Positions 1-9,318 are shown, numbered from the stretch's first letter. The stretch: DNA of 39,561 bases from a virus (IMGVR_UViG_3300030106_004706:1-39561), one strand, 5' to 3'. Made by a program: numbers and translations. Notes: generated from the sequence alone by a model not told the origin.

Positions 1-456
1 CCAGTAGGTTGAAATATCATCATCCTCTGTGATGGCAGCACGGGAATCTGGATTCGTTTCAAAGGCACCTGGATACTGTGTATGAGGGTTCATACCCAGG
101 AAATGACAGGGATGATGAACACCCATGAATAACTTATCTGTGAAGATGTCTTCAGGTTTTACTTCATCAACCAGGATCATATCAGCATCAAGGAACAAAA
201 AGTAATCATACTTCTGAATCTCTTCAGATGCTCTCAGCAGGGTAGCAAACCTGTAGAGGGTGATGTATGGCCAAGGAAGATGCTCTTGGTAATATGGAGT
301 GATGTTGTCAGGAATACCCTCTAACTCACCATCAGTAAAGACCAAATATCTTTTTTCACATCCAGGGGCAAGGTATTTTTCACAAGACTCATGCCAACTA
401 GGAAGAAAGTCAAGATACTTGTTAGTGCCAATAAAGGCAACTGCAAGTTTAGGCAT
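1..456 (-). CDS. Glycosyltransferase family 6 (ABO-type alpha-1,3-Gal/GalNAc transferase), 3'-truncated by the window
   Basis: Manual translation from ATG 456: MPKLAVAFIGTNKYLDFLPSWHESCEKYLAPGCEKRYLVFTD...HLPWPYITLYRF...YDYFLFLDADM...GVHHP...FETNPDSRAAI. These are GT6 hallmark motifs. The frame is open to base 1. Confidence 0.85.
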   Translation of the reverse strand, partial: MPKLAVAFIGTNKYLDFLPSWHESCEKYLAPGCEKRYLVFTDGELEGIPDNITPYYQEHLPWPYITLYRFATLLRASEEIQKYDYFLFLDADMILVDEVKPEDIFTDKLFMGVHHPCHFLGMNPHTQYPGAFETNPDSRAAITEDDDISTYW

Positions 457-1138
457 TTTTCACAAAAGTCAAACGACAGACATTCAAATAAGAGAAGTTT
501 GGAACCTTAAACAAGTTCTTTTTACGATTTGTCCAACGACCAACAAGGGAAAGACCTTGCTGTTTTGCCAGAGCAATGATGGCAGATGGTCTCATGAACT
601 CACCAACATCAGTATTCATATTAACATCCGAGGATATAATAATATGACCACCAGGTTTCAGGCAACGGTTAATCTCTCTAAAAATTTTGGTGAACTGCTG
701 CTCACCATCTGGACATACACCGCTCGGTCCACAGAAGTGAGCATAGGCACAGAGGTCAATAAAGACATCAATACTTTCATCTTCTACTGTAGGGAACCAG
801 TCAAAAGCATTTGAGTTGACCATCGTGACATTACTTCCTTCACAGTCATGATCAAGACGACCACCACACACAGGAGTGTCCACTCCAGTTACATCATTAC
901 CCCAAGAATCAATGATATGAGGAACACATCCTCTAGCACATCCAAGGTCTACCACCTTTACACCATTGTCTGGATACAGTTCTTGAAACCTTTCCAGAAC
1001 ACTAATCCATTTAATGATGGCATCAGTCTTGGTCCACAAATCTTGGTGAGGAAAGTTTTGAGGATATTGCCTCTCTGCCATCACATTTAGTGAATGATCT
1101 AAATCACCAAGATTAAACAGTGTATTAGTTATAGTCAT
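449..1138 (-). CDS. Class I SAM-dependent methyltransferase
   Basis: Motif I VVDLGCARG, plus ESIDVFID and the post-II motif EINRCLKPGGHIII. Confidence 0.85.
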   Translation of the reverse strand: MTITNTLFNLGDLDHSLNVMAERQYPQNFPHQDLWTKTDAIIKWISVLERFQELYPDNGVKVVDLGCARGCVPHIIDSWGNDVTGVDTPVCGGRLDHDCEGSNVTMVNSNAFDWFPTVEDESIDVFIDLCAYAHFCGPSGVCPDGEQQFTKIFREINRCLKPGGHIIISSDVNMNTDVGEFMRPSAIIALAKQQGLSLVGRWTNRKKNLFKVPNFSYLNVCRLTFVKNA

Positions 1139-1788
1139 TTGATATGAAATTCAGGAAGTGAGTTATACAGTTCAGTAGCATCCTTAAGAATAGAAGTGAA
1201 TTCGTCCTTCATATCATCTGGGATAAGGTCAATCGTAGAGTTTCTATCCCTCTGAACATACTGCTCTGGAACTTTCTCTTGACCTAGGAAGTCAACGAAT
1301 ATTTCTTTCCCATATTTCCACTGAACGTCTGACTTGACACAGAGAACTGGATATTTGGTCTGCCTTTGCGTCCAGTTGTATATATGCTCGTATGTCATGA
1401 ACCAGTCTTGACCACCCCTTACATATTCTTCAAGAGAATATTTTTTTACAAACTGTGAGTGAACCCTATAAATCTCTTTAGTCTCTGGATGAATCTCTAC
1501 ATTATCAGTCCGCGTAGGATGTAGAGGAAGACCCTTGTTTTCAATGTGAGTGACAGGCATATCCCTACGAAAAATAGAGATAATAGATTGAACAGGGTCA
1601 CCCATCACAAAGATTGCTTTCTCAATCTCTTCATAGACTGGTGGGTACAGGGTGTGCTTACACCGACCAAAGTTAATTCCCTGGTGAAAATGATCTCTGT
1701 TACTTTCAATCCCAAGACCATTAATAATTTTGAACAGTTGACTTGAGGCACAACCACCAATACTATTCAATATTGTTACTTCTTCCAT
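1135..1788 (-). CDS. Putative sulfotransferase-fold (P-loop) protein
   Basis: N-terminal SIGGCASS loop and IFVMGDPVQSIIS resemble the two PAPS-binding motifs. ATG 1788 overlaps the upstream TGA. Confidence 0.45.
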   Translation of the reverse strand: MEEVTILNSIGGCASSQLFKIINGLGIESNRDHFHQGINFGRCKHTLYPPVYEEIEKAIFVMGDPVQSIISIFRRDMPVTHIENKGLPLHPTRTDNVEIHPETKEIYRVHSQFVKKYSLEEYVRGGQDWFMTYEHIYNWTQRQTKYPVLCVKSDVQWKYGKEIFVDFLGQEKVPEQYVQRDRNSTIDLIPDDMKDEFTSILKDATELYNSLPEFHIK

Positions 1789-2591
1789 CAGATTACCTTC
1801 CAACCTTTACAATATAAGTCTTTCAAATTATGCTTATCATCAGGGAACCACTTCTTTGGAGCAATTACCTTTCCACGATTACCCAACCAAGCTGCCCACC
1901 AAGAGAATGAAGAGTTGGCAATAATGAAGTCAGAGCACATACTCATCAGACACTGGTCAATATATCCACTCTCATTTTCAGAAATCATAAACCGATCGTC
2001 TTGGAAGAGGTCCTGCTCATGACACCAGGCAGGGTCATCAGAGAATACAATAACGGGAACATCATATTCAAATTGTTTCAGTGCCTTCTTGTAGTAAGAC
2101 ATATCAAGGGCACAGTGATTTGGATTTGTAAGATAATCCTGCCTACGAATATGAAGTCCAATAACTTCATCTACTCCAAGACCATCAATCATTTCCTCAC
2201 AGGGTTCACGAATCTCATCCTTGAATGTGAAGTTGCGACGGATCTCGTGTTCTACATTCAGAAAATATTTTTCACTTTGAAAAAATCCCCAAATGTTTGC
2301 CCAGTCAGGACATCTTTTATGCAACTCTTCATTGTAATGAAAGTTGCCCTCAAACATAGTGGGTCTTCCAACATCAATGCTTTGAATATTCAGAACTGAT
2401 GTTGTCTCCATGATGAAGCAATCAAACAATTCTGTCCTATTAGGATTTCCCAGACCATCGTCAACCGCGTCCTGGTAGAAAGGAAAACAGTATTCCACAC
2501 CCGTGTTAGCAGCAATACCACGGAGTGCTGCGTATTGGAACATTTGATTACCAATACGCCCCAATCTTCCCAGATTGTTAAATCCAATCAT
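1788..2591 (-). CDS. Glycosyltransferase family 11 (alpha-1,2-fucosyltransferase)
   Basis: GRIGNQMFQYA, GFFQSEKYF, GLHIRRQDY, VFSDDPAWC and IIANSSFSWWAAWL. Confidence 0.93.
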   Translation of the reverse strand: MIGFNNLGRLGRIGNQMFQYAALRGIAANTGVEYCFPFYQDAVDDGLGNPNRTELFDCFIMETTSVLNIQSIDVGRPTMFEGNFHYNEELHKRCPDWANIWGFFQSEKYFLNVEHEIRRNFTFKDEIREPCEEMIDGLGVDEVIGLHIRRQDYLTNPNHCALDMSYYKKALKQFEYDVPVIVFSDDPAWCHEQDLFQDDRFMISENESGYIDQCLMSMCSDFIIANSSFSWWAAWLGNRGKVIAPKKWFPDDKHNLKDLYCKGWKVI

Positions 2592-3513
2592 AATTTAAAA
2601 AATAATTGTAGGTTCGCTGAAGACCTTCTTCAATACCAATCTGTGGATACCATCCAGTCTGCTTAATTCTAGAGACATCCATAACCTTACGCAACGTTCC
2701 GTTAGGTTTACTAGTATCCCACATTATGGCACCTGTGTAACCGACCACATCTGCGACGATTTCAGCAAGGTTCTTAATAGTTATATCAGTTCCCGTACCC
2801 ACATTAACGATATTTTGTGGATCATGATATTCATTCATCAGATGAACACAAGCATCAGCAAGGTCATCTACATACAAGAACTCACGCATCGGAGAACCAT
2901 CACCCCAGCAAGTTACAGTTGGTTGATTGGTTTCTTTTGCCTCATGGAACTTACGAATAAGACCAGGAATGACATGAGAGTTTTCTGGATGAAAGTTGTC
3001 TTTCACACCATATAGATTACAAGGCATCGCAGAGATAGCGTTGAACCCATACTGTTCATGATAGGACTGACACATCTTGATACCAGCAATCTTAGCGATG
3101 GCATAGGCATCATTTGTGGGTTCTAAAGTGCCAGTCAGCAACTGCTCTTCTTTAATTGGAACATTCGTATGCTTAGGGTAAATGCACGATGAACCAAGGA
3201 AAAGAAGTTTCTTGGCACCAGTATAGTAAGCAGCATCTATGACATTACTCTGAATCATCAGATTGTCATAAATGAACTCTGCCTTATGGTTTTGGTTACC
3301 AATAATTCCACCGACCTTGGCCGCGGCAAGAAAAACAAAATCAGGTTGATGAATGGCGAACAGATTGTCTACCTGCTCTTTCTCCCTGAGATCACATTCC
3401 TTACTAGGAATCATGATCAGATTCTTGTACCCTAGTTGACGAAGTTTACGAACAATAGCAGAACCAACAAGACCGTTGTGTCCTGCTACAAAAATTTTAG
3501 AATTATTGTCCAT
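2578..3513 (-). CDS. fcl: GDP-L-fucose synthase
   Basis: [36 protein letters not shown] and [15 protein letters not shown]. Probable start MDNNSK at 3513. Confidence 0.95.
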   Translation of the reverse strand: MDNNSKIFVAGHNGLVGSAIVRKLRQLGYKNLIMIPSKECDLREKEQVDNLFAIHQPDFVFLAAAKVGGIIGNQNHKAEFIYDNLMIQSNVIDAAYYTGAKKLLFLGSSCIYPKHTNVPIKEEQLLTGTLEPTNDAYAIAKIAGIKMCQSYHEQYGFNAISAMPCNLYGVKDNFHPENSHVIPGLIRKFHEAKETNQPTVTCWGDGSPMREFLYVDDLADACVHLMNEYHDPQNIVNVGTGTDITIKNLAEIVADVVGYTGAIMWDTSKPNGTLRKVMDVSRIKQTGWYPQIGIEEGLQRTYNYFLNYDWI

Positions 3514-4510
3514 AAAGCACCATGTCCTCAATTAGTTCTTTAAATGAAATTTCAGGTTCCCAACCAAGTTTCTCTTTTGCCTTTGTGGCATCACCGAGTA
3601 AAGATTCAACTTCAGCAGGGCGGAAATACTTTTCACTCACCTTTATCACAGGGCGTTTAGTATTCCAGTCATAACCCACTTCATCCATACCATCACCCAT
3701 CCACTCAATCTTCATACCAAAGTAATTGGATGCCTTGTTAACAAACTCTCTGACAGTATACTGCTCACCTGTAGCAATTACATAATCATCAGGTTCATCT
3801 TGCTGAAGCATCAACCACATCGCTCTGGCATAGTCTTTAGCGTGTCCCCAGTCCCGCTTGGCATCAAGATTACCAAGATACAAACAATCTTGAAGACCGA
3901 CAGAGATGCGTGAGAGACCTCTAGTAATCTTACGGGTTACAAATGTCTCACCCCGCCGTGGAGATTCATGGTTGAAAAGAATACCAGAACTGGCGTGCAT
4001 ACCATATGATTCACGATAGTTCTTGACAATCCAAAAACCATACAGTTTTGCTACACCATAAGGAGAGCGTGGATAGAAAGGTGTAGTTTCTGTCTGAGGT
4101 GTCTCTTGAACCTTTCCATACAGTTCACTAGTAGATGCCTGATAGATACGCACCTTGTCTTCCATGCCAAGAAGACGAACTGCCTCCAGAACACGGAGAG
4201 TTCCCAGTCCATCAACATTCCCAGTGTACTCAGGAGTTTCAAAAGAAACTTTTACATGACTCTGGGCACCCAGGTTATAAATCTCATCTGGTTCAGTTTT
4301 CTTAATGACACCAATAATATTAGTGGCATCAGTCAAATCACCGTAGTGAAGTGTCAGATTTGGATTATCGTAGATATGGTCAATACGATGGGTATTAATC
4401 AAAGAAGAACGACGGACAATACCATGCACTTCATATCCCTTTTCAAGGAGTAGTTCGGCAAGGTATGATCCGTCCTGTCCAGTGATACCCGTAATCAGGG
4501 CAGTTTTCAT
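3503..4510 (-). CDS. gmd: GDP-mannose 4,6-dehydratase
   Basis: [36 protein letters not shown] and [16 protein letters not shown]. Confidence 0.97.
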   Translation of the reverse strand: MKTALITGITGQDGSYLAELLLEKGYEVHGIVRRSSLINTHRIDHIYDNPNLTLHYGDLTDATNIIGVIKKTEPDEIYNLGAQSHVKVSFETPEYTGNVDGLGTLRVLEAVRLLGMEDKVRIYQASTSELYGKVQETPQTETTPFYPRSPYGVAKLYGFWIVKNYRESYGMHASSGILFNHESPRRGETFVTRKITRGLSRISVGLQDCLYLGNLDAKRDWGHAKDYARAMWLMLQQDEPDDYVIATGEQYTVREFVNKASNYFGMKIEWMGDGMDEVGYDWNTKRPVIKVSEKYFRPAEVESLLGDATKAKEKLGWEPEISFKELIEDMVLYGQ

Positions 4511-5529
4511 AGTTTGATCCAGCGTTCGTTAGCGAGAGTCCATTCAACAACCTCTGCGATACGCTCTCGGATATCTTGAGGTTCCCAACCCATACGACGC
4601 ATCTTCTCACCAGAGAGAGCATAACGAAGGTCATGACCAGGGCGAGTAGAGTGGAAGTCAACCATCTTGTACCGAAGTTCTTTATCTTGAACATCAGCAA
4701 TAATCTGTGCCAGTTGCAAATTATTCAGTTCTTCGGCACCAACAATATTGAACTTAGGGCACTTTGCTCCACCATAGTTTCCATTCTCAACCACAGTATC
4801 TTGTGCCAGAAGGAACAGCAGAGCGTCTGAAACATCTTCAGCGTGGATGTAATGACGTGCTCCAGGGATAGTCTTAGTTTCATCACTATGAATGGTGACA
4901 ATCTCACCATCACGAATACGTTTGATGCACATCGGAATATACTTCTCTGGATGCTGACGCTGACCGAAGACATTCATCGTATGAGTGATATAGACAGGCA
5001 GTCCATAAGTATTTTCAAATGCTACTGCCAGTTCTTCACCACCCGCTTTCGTTGCACTGTAAGGATTAGTGGAGTTGTATCGGTCATTCTCCAGATAATT
5101 GATTCCGTTAGGAGCAGGACCAAAGACTTCATCAGTACTGAAGTATACAAACCTTTCAAGGTGATCCAGACCACGGGCATAGTCAAGGATGTTGCAGGTT
5201 GCTACAACGTTGTCCATGACAAATTCCATGGGATATTCAATACTACGATCTACATGAGAACCCGCAGCAAGGTGAAGGATATAATCTACACGTCCGATGT
5301 CAGCAGCAATAAGAGGGTTGATTGCTGCTTTCAAGTCATGAAAAACAACTTTTACACGAGACCTATCTTCAGGAGAAAATTCTGTAAGGATATCTTGAAG
5401 ACGATTCAGATTGCCACTGAAGTCTAACCGATCAAGTGTAACAACTTCCCAATCAGTGCCCTTCAGAATTTGCGAAATAAGGTGATGAGCAATAAAACCA
5501 GCACCACCAGTAACAAGAGCTCTTTTCAT
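4507..5529 (-). CDS. NAD-dependent epimerase/dehydratase, dTDP-glucose 4,6-dehydratase (RfbB/RmlB)-like
   Basis: [35 protein letters not shown] and RPGHDLRYA. Confidence 0.88.
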   Translation of the reverse strand: MKRALVTGGAGFIAHHLISQILKGTDWEVVTLDRLDFSGNLNRLQDILTEFSPEDRSRVKVVFHDLKAAINPLIAADIGRVDYILHLAAGSHVDRSIEYPMEFVMDNVVATCNILDYARGLDHLERFVYFSTDEVFGPAPNGINYLENDRYNSTNPYSATKAGGEELAVAFENTYGLPVYITHTMNVFGQRQHPEKYIPMCIKRIRDGEIVTIHSDETKTIPGARHYIHAEDVSDALLFLLAQDTVVENGNYGGAKCPKFNIVGAEELNNLQLAQIIADVQDKELRYKMVDFHSTRPGHDLRYALSGEKMRRMGWEPQDIRERIAEVVEWTLANERWIKL

Positions 5530-5551
5530 GTCGCTGATAATTTACTATAAC

Positions 5552-5580
5552 ATTATACCAAAAAAGGATGGTTTATACAA
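5552..5580 (-). promoter_or_regulatory. Sigma70-type promoter for the sugar operon, overlapping a terminator
   Basis: TTGTAT-17 bp-TATAAT on the minus strand. Confidence 0.6.
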
Positions 5581-5586
5581 CCATCC
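5560..5586 (-). terminator. Rho-independent terminator
   Basis: GGATGGTT-GTATA-AACCATCC followed by TTTTTT. Confidence 0.75.
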
Positions 5587-5725
5587 CCTCAGGTCTACAT
5601 GCACGCCACTTATTTTTTTACTGGAAATAAGAAACCAGGCGGGAGTATTACCTCCATCCGCACCACCTGATTTTTGAAGAAGCAGGAAACTTTCGGGATT
5701 GAAGGGAACCTTCACCGACCAGGGC
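5586..5725 (-). ncRNA. Structured RNA with two tandem pseudoknot modules, probably of the cyanophage manA/wcaG RNA motif class
   Basis: Closing stem CCCUGGUC/GACCUGAGGG; hairpins GAAGG/CCUUC and GGAG/CUCC; two stem-UUUCYURYUU-stem modules, each followed by an A-rich linker, a loop-complementary strand and UGGYG. It lies upstream of sugar-epimerase genes. Confidence 0.65.
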
Positions 5726-5729
5726 AAAT

Positions 5730-5954
5730 TTAGAGTCGTTCCGGGACTTCAACAGTTTCAAGATCAGCGTAAATCTGTTCCATCAACATTTCATAATCAT
5801 CTAGAGGTTCGCCTGAAAACACCACTCCATTATTTTCATAGAAGCGGCGCACCTTTTTGAAAAGTTTCGGATTCTTTACATCAAGGAAAATTTCGCCATT
5901 AGCAGCAGCACTAAGAGTGCTGATGTCTTTTTTGAATTTTTCAGTCAGTGCCAT
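5730..5954 (-). CDS. Hypothetical cyanophage protein (74 aa)
   Basis: ORF with its own consensus promoter immediately upstream. Confidence 0.75.
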   Translation of the reverse strand: MALTEKFKKDISTLSAAANGEIFLDVKNPKLFKKVRRFYENNGVVFSGEPLDDYEMLMEQIYADLETVEVPERL

Positions 5955-5977
5955 CGTTGTGTTTGGTTTACCTTTGT

Positions 5978-6006
5978 ATTATAAGGTTTTGACTTTATAT
6001 AGTCAA
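5978..6006 (-). promoter_or_regulatory. Sigma70-type (early) promoter
   Basis: TTGACT-17 bp-TATAAT. The -35 box lies in an inverted repeat TTGACT-ATATAA-AGTCAA. Confidence 0.8.
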
Positions 6007-6026
6007 GATGCCAGAGGATCTGGCAA

Positions 6027-6100
6027 TCGGAATGACAGGATTCGAACCTGCGACATCTCGCTCCCAAAGCGAGTGCTCTACCAAACTGAGCTACATTCCG
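6027..6100 (-). tRNA. tRNA-Pro(UGG)
   Basis: CGGAATGTAGCTCAGTTTGGTAGAGCACTCGCTT-TGG-GAGCGAGATGTCGCAGGTTCGAATCCTGTCATTCCGA. CCA is not encoded. Confidence 0.96.
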
Positions 6101-6103
6101 AAG

Positions 6104-6170
6104 TGGTAGTTCCTATCGCCGCTAACCCTGAACTACCAAGGGGGTCACCGCAGTTGAGTTGTCTCTCAAC
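6104..6170 (-). ncRNA. Putative pseudoknotted small RNA leading tRNA-Pro
   Basis: Hairpin GUUGAG/CUCAAC, then stem UGACCC/GGGUUA whose loop UGGUAGUUC pairs over 9 bp with downstream GAACUACCA. Confidence 0.5.
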
Positions 6171-6176
6171 TTGTTT

Positions 6177-6205
6177 AGTATAACACTATTTGTGGTGTTT
6201 CGCAA
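6177..6205 (-). promoter_or_regulatory. Sigma70-type promoter for the pseudoknot RNA and tRNA-Pro
   Basis: TTGCGA-17 bp-TATACT with an extended -10 TG. Confidence 0.7.
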
Positions 6206-6344
6206 ATGGTTCCCAATGCTCCCATCCATACTTATGAACCAAATGCATTCCTATAATAGGAACAAATACAAGAAAGAACCCCATGATACCTAGTACCCAT
6301 GGGGTTTGCATCACAGACCTAACGAACAATTGAACATATGTCAT
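6186..6344 (-). CDS. Small single-pass membrane protein (52 aa)
   Basis: MTYVQLFVRSVMQTPWVLGIMGFFLVFVPIIGMHLVHKYGWEHWEPFAKHHK. Its start overlaps the zwf stop (ATGA). Confidence 0.7.
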   Translation of the reverse strand: MTYVQLFVRSVMQTPWVLGIMGFFLVFVPIIGMHLVHKYGWEHWEPFAKHHK

Positions 6345-7681
6345 GATGGGTAATCCCAATCAGTTATTCGGTCGGTTCTGTATTGTGGTCCCCAGGAACC
6401 AGGCAGATAGATATAAGGAGTAGTGCGTATGGGGCAAGAATCCCCAGTGCAAAGTAAATCATCGACAATCCTCCAGGATTCCATTACTTCATCAGCATGA
6501 ACAAAATGAGACTGATCACAGTTGATAGCATCATACAGAAGCTTCTCATACCCGTCTACTGCTCGGTCTTGGGGATACTCATGGGTGAGAGTGGCGAGTT
6601 CCAGTTCGTCTGATAACCCAGGGGACTTAATATCCATCCTAATATCAAGATGAGGATTAGGTTGAAGACGCATGACAATACGGTCGTTGATTTCTCCATC
6701 ATAGAGTTTCAGTGGTGGTGCTTTAAGTTTGATAACAACTTCAACGCATCCATAAGGCATTTTCTTACCAGTCAGGACACGAAAAGGAACGCCTTCCCAA
6801 CGCCAGTTATCGACGAATAAAGTGCCAGCAACACTGGTAGGAGTACGACTATTAGGATTAACACCCTCTTCATCACGGTAACCTGCATATTGTCCAAGAA
6901 TCATGTCCTCCCCTAAACGAGTAGCAGCAAGTACTTTTGTTTTCTCACGCCTAATTTCTTTGGCGCTCATCTTACATGGTGCTTCCATAGCAATCAAAGA
7001 CAGAACCTGAAGAATATGGTTCTGAAGCATATCTCTTACAGCACCAGCAGTTTCATAATACTGAGCACGTCCATCACACCCAATAGTTTCAGTAGCATAA
7101 ATTTGAACTTCTTCTATGTAATTGCGGTTCCATAAAGGTTCCAGCAGTATGTTGCTAAACCGAGTAGCGAGAATATTATTAACAGTATCTTTGCCAAGAT
7201 AATGGTCAATGCGATAAACCTGTTTCTCGCGTAGATGTCGCTCAACCACAGACTGTAGATGATGAGCAGATTTATAATCGTACCCAAAGGGTTTTTCGAT
7301 AACCACTCTAGACCTTTCCGGGTCGTCAAGGAGTCCTGCTTCTTTGAGATTGACGATAGCATTCTCATATCGTTCTGGTGGTACGGACAGGAAATAAGTA
7401 TTATCTTCTAAGTAATCTGGGAGATGTTTCAAACTCTCAACACAATCTAAATCAGCACACTGATAATCTAGATGATGCAAGAACTCCTCAGGATAATCTC
7501 CCAAAGAGTCTTTCCATTGTTGTGCTGTTGGTTCTCTCCTTGCAGATCCACTAATTACAAAGTTGTCTGGGAGCAAACCTTTCTTCCAGAGTTTATGAAG
7601 TGCTGGTATCAGTTTTCTTTTGCATAGATCTCCAGTAGCACCGAAGATAACTATACCTCTAGTGAGCGGTTCCGTTTCCAT
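6341..7681 (-). CDS. zwf: Glucose-6-phosphate 1-dehydrogenase
   Basis: IFGATGDLCKRKL, EKPFG, RIDHYLGK and RDMLQNH. Probable start METEPL at 7681. Confidence 0.96.
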   Translation of the reverse strand: METEPLTRGIVIFGATGDLCKRKLIPALHKLWKKGLLPDNFVISGSARREPTAQQWKDSLGDYPEEFLHHLDYQCADLDCVESLKHLPDYLEDNTYFLSVPPERYENAIVNLKEAGLLDDPERSRVVIEKPFGYDYKSAHHLQSVVERHLREKQVYRIDHYLGKDTVNNILATRFSNILLEPLWNRNYIEEVQIYATETIGCDGRAQYYETAGAVRDMLQNHILQVLSLIAMEAPCKMSAKEIRREKTKVLAATRLGEDMILGQYAGYRDEEGVNPNSRTPTSVAGTLFVDNWRWEGVPFRVLTGKKMPYGCVEVVIKLKAPPLKLYDGEINDRIVMRLQPNPHLDIRMDIKSPGLSDELELATLTHEYPQDRAVDGYEKLLYDAINCDQSHFVHADEVMESWRIVDDLLCTGDSCPIRTTPYIYLPGSWGPQYRTDRITDWDYPS

Positions 7682-7790
7682 CGTATTTGTCTGAGTCGTA
7701 GTATATATTTTCACCTTTTCGTATCCCGAAATATATCGTGGATAGTACAAACGGTATTGAAATCCAGGTGAGTGCATTAGATAGTATCAT
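7659..7790 (-). CDS. ndhP: NDH-1 small subunit NdhP homolog (43 aa)
   Basis: MILSNALTWISIPFVLSTIYFGIRKGENIYYDSDKYDGNGTAH: one TM helix, then FG...YDSDxYxGNGTAH, matching the cyanobacterial NdhP C-terminus (YDTDxYHGNGSAH). Confidence 0.85.
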   Translation of the reverse strand: MILSNALTWISIPFVLSTIYFGIRKGENIYYDSDKYDGNGTAH

Positions 7791-7849
7791 TTGTTTTTTG
7801 GTGAAGGGCAGTAGGGGCATCCTCTTCCCCCACATCTGTTACAAACCAT
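7787..7849 (-). CDS. Putative 20-aa four-cysteine micropeptide
   Basis: MVCNRCGGRGCPYCPSPKNK. Its TGA overlaps the ndhP ATG (ATGA). Confidence 0.45.
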   Translation of the reverse strand: MVCNRCGGRGCPYCPSPKNK

Positions 7850-7862
7850 CCATTTAGTTTTT

Positions 7863-8912
7863 TTATCGGACATCATGACCTCCAAACATAGCCCTCATTC
7901 CGTTGAGGACTTTATTTGCGAACTTTCCAAGTCTTCGTGACTCAAATCTTGAGTATAGCGCACCGCTGATAACAGGAGCGGGTACACCAAGATCCACAGC
8001 AGCGTGAACAGTCCAACGACCCTCACCAGAGTCTGATACTCCCCCATCAAACTTGCTAAGCTCTCTATCGCCGCGTAGAACATCAGCGGTAAGGTCAAGC
8101 AACCAACTACCAACAACGCTACCCCGACGCCATAACTCAGCAACCTCAGAACAGTCAATATCATATTGATAGTCCTCTGGATTATCCATTGGAGCAACCT
8201 CAGCATCTCCTGCTTTAACATATGCTGACCCAGCATTAGCTTCATGCAGGATATTAAAGCCCTCGGCGTACGCTTGCATGATTCCATATTCGATACCGTT
8301 GTGAACCATTTTTACGAAGTGACCTGCTCCAGGACCTCCACAGTGTAACCAACCATATTCTGCACTGGTTGCTCTAGACTCGGGATCTGTGCGGGGTGCA
8401 GAGGCAATGCCAGGTGCCAGTGCCCTGAAAATGGGAGCACAGACAGATACTGCCCCATTTGCACCACCAACCATAAGACAGTATCCACGCTCCAGACCGT
8501 AAACTCCACCAGAAGTACCGCAGTCAATATATTGGATACCATACTTAGAAAGCCTTTTTGCTCTCCTGCGAGAATCCTTAAAGTTGCTATTGCCATGATC
8601 AATAATAATATCCCCGTCGCTAAGTAATGGTAATAACTCATCAATAGTGTCCTCTACTGTTTCTGCTGGTACAACCATCATAAAGATTCCAGGAGATTTT
8701 GACTCTTCCTGTGTAAGAGTTCCTACACCAGTGTGTACTACTTGAACAAGATTTTCCAAAGAAGTGGTACATCCACTGATATAGCCCTTTTCATATTGTT
8801 CTTCAGCTTTTGCATAATTGTTACGATATCCATGAACTTCGATACCTGCTTTAATCATACGACGAGACATACCCTCGCCCATTCTTCCTAGTCCAATAAT
8901 TCCTACTTTCAT
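7863..8912 (-). CDS. gnd: 6-phosphogluconate dehydrogenase (short type)
   Basis: GIIGLGRMG, IIDHGNS, DCGTSGG, GAGHFVKMVHNGIEYG, DSGEGRWT and MRAMFGGH. Confidence 0.96.
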   Translation of the reverse strand: MKVGIIGLGRMGEGMSRRMIKAGIEVHGYRNNYAKAEEQYEKGYISGCTTSLENLVQVVHTGVGTLTQEESKSPGIFMMVVPAETVEDTIDELLPLLSDGDIIIDHGNSNFKDSRRRAKRLSKYGIQYIDCGTSGGVYGLERGYCLMVGGANGAVSVCAPIFRALAPGIASAPRTDPESRATSAEYGWLHCGGPGAGHFVKMVHNGIEYGIMQAYAEGFNILHEANAGSAYVKAGDAEVAPMDNPEDYQYDIDCSEVAELWRRGSVVGSWLLDLTADVLRGDRELSKFDGGVSDSGEGRWTVHAAVDLGVPAPVISGALYSRFESRRLGKFANKVLNGMRAMFGGHDVR

Positions 8913-9076
8913 AGCACCCTCCCAGGAACATAATTAATTTGATCTAGAACTTCATTGAGAAGTTTTTCATACGATCTAAACAGTTTATCACCTGCAATAA
9001 ATGATCTCTGTTTTTTCCAAAGTGCTTCTGCAAGCATTTGTTTTTCATCTTCTGTGAAATCTTTAAATCGATTCAT
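8909..9076 (-). CDS. Hypothetical protein (55 aa)
   Basis: MNRFKDFTEDEKQMLAEALWKKQRSFIAGDKLF...PGRVL. Its stop overlaps the gnd start (ATGA). Confidence 0.65.
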   Translation of the reverse strand: MNRFKDFTEDEKQMLAEALWKKQRSFIAGDKLFRSYEKLLNEVLDQINYVPGRVL

Positions 9077-9090
9077 GTGATTTTACCTTT

Positions 9091-9318
9091 TTACAGTGAA
9101 ATTTTTAACCATGGTAATAATGGATCTATAACTCCAATAAGTCTTAGAAGACCTTCACTAAAAAGACCAAGAATAAAAAAACCAACAAACATACTGATAA
9201 TCCCAGCATTACGATTATGTTTTCGTATTGCAGTATCAATCATCTCCTGAACTTCTTCTTTTGTTACGTGGTTAGGAAGGTCAACTTTCCTACCGCGCCA
9301 GATCCAACTCTTAGGCAT
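9091..9318 (-). CDS. Small membrane protein of the cyanophage EMIDxAIRKHNRN family
   Basis: QEMIDTAIRKHNRNAGIISMFVGFFILGLFSEGLLRLIGVI. Confidence 0.75.
   Translation of the reverse strand: MPKSWIWRGRKVDLPNHVTKEEVQEMIDTAIRKHNRNAGIISMFVGFFILGLFSEGLLRLIGVIDPLLPWLKISL

Noticed and set aside
5545-5727. 60-aa ORF in the track
   Set aside because: It has a TTG start, overlies a structured RNA and runs through a terminator.
6104-6155. HDV-like (theta) ribozyme interpretation of the tRNA-Pro-adjacent pseudoknot
   Set aside because: GGCGAU resembles J4/2, but there is no P3/L3 or P1.1, and the element is 5' rather than 3' of the tRNA.
7682-7777. N-terminal extension of Zwf in the ORF track
   Set aside because: The region encodes the NdhP homolog in another frame, and Zwf similarity begins just after ATG 7681.
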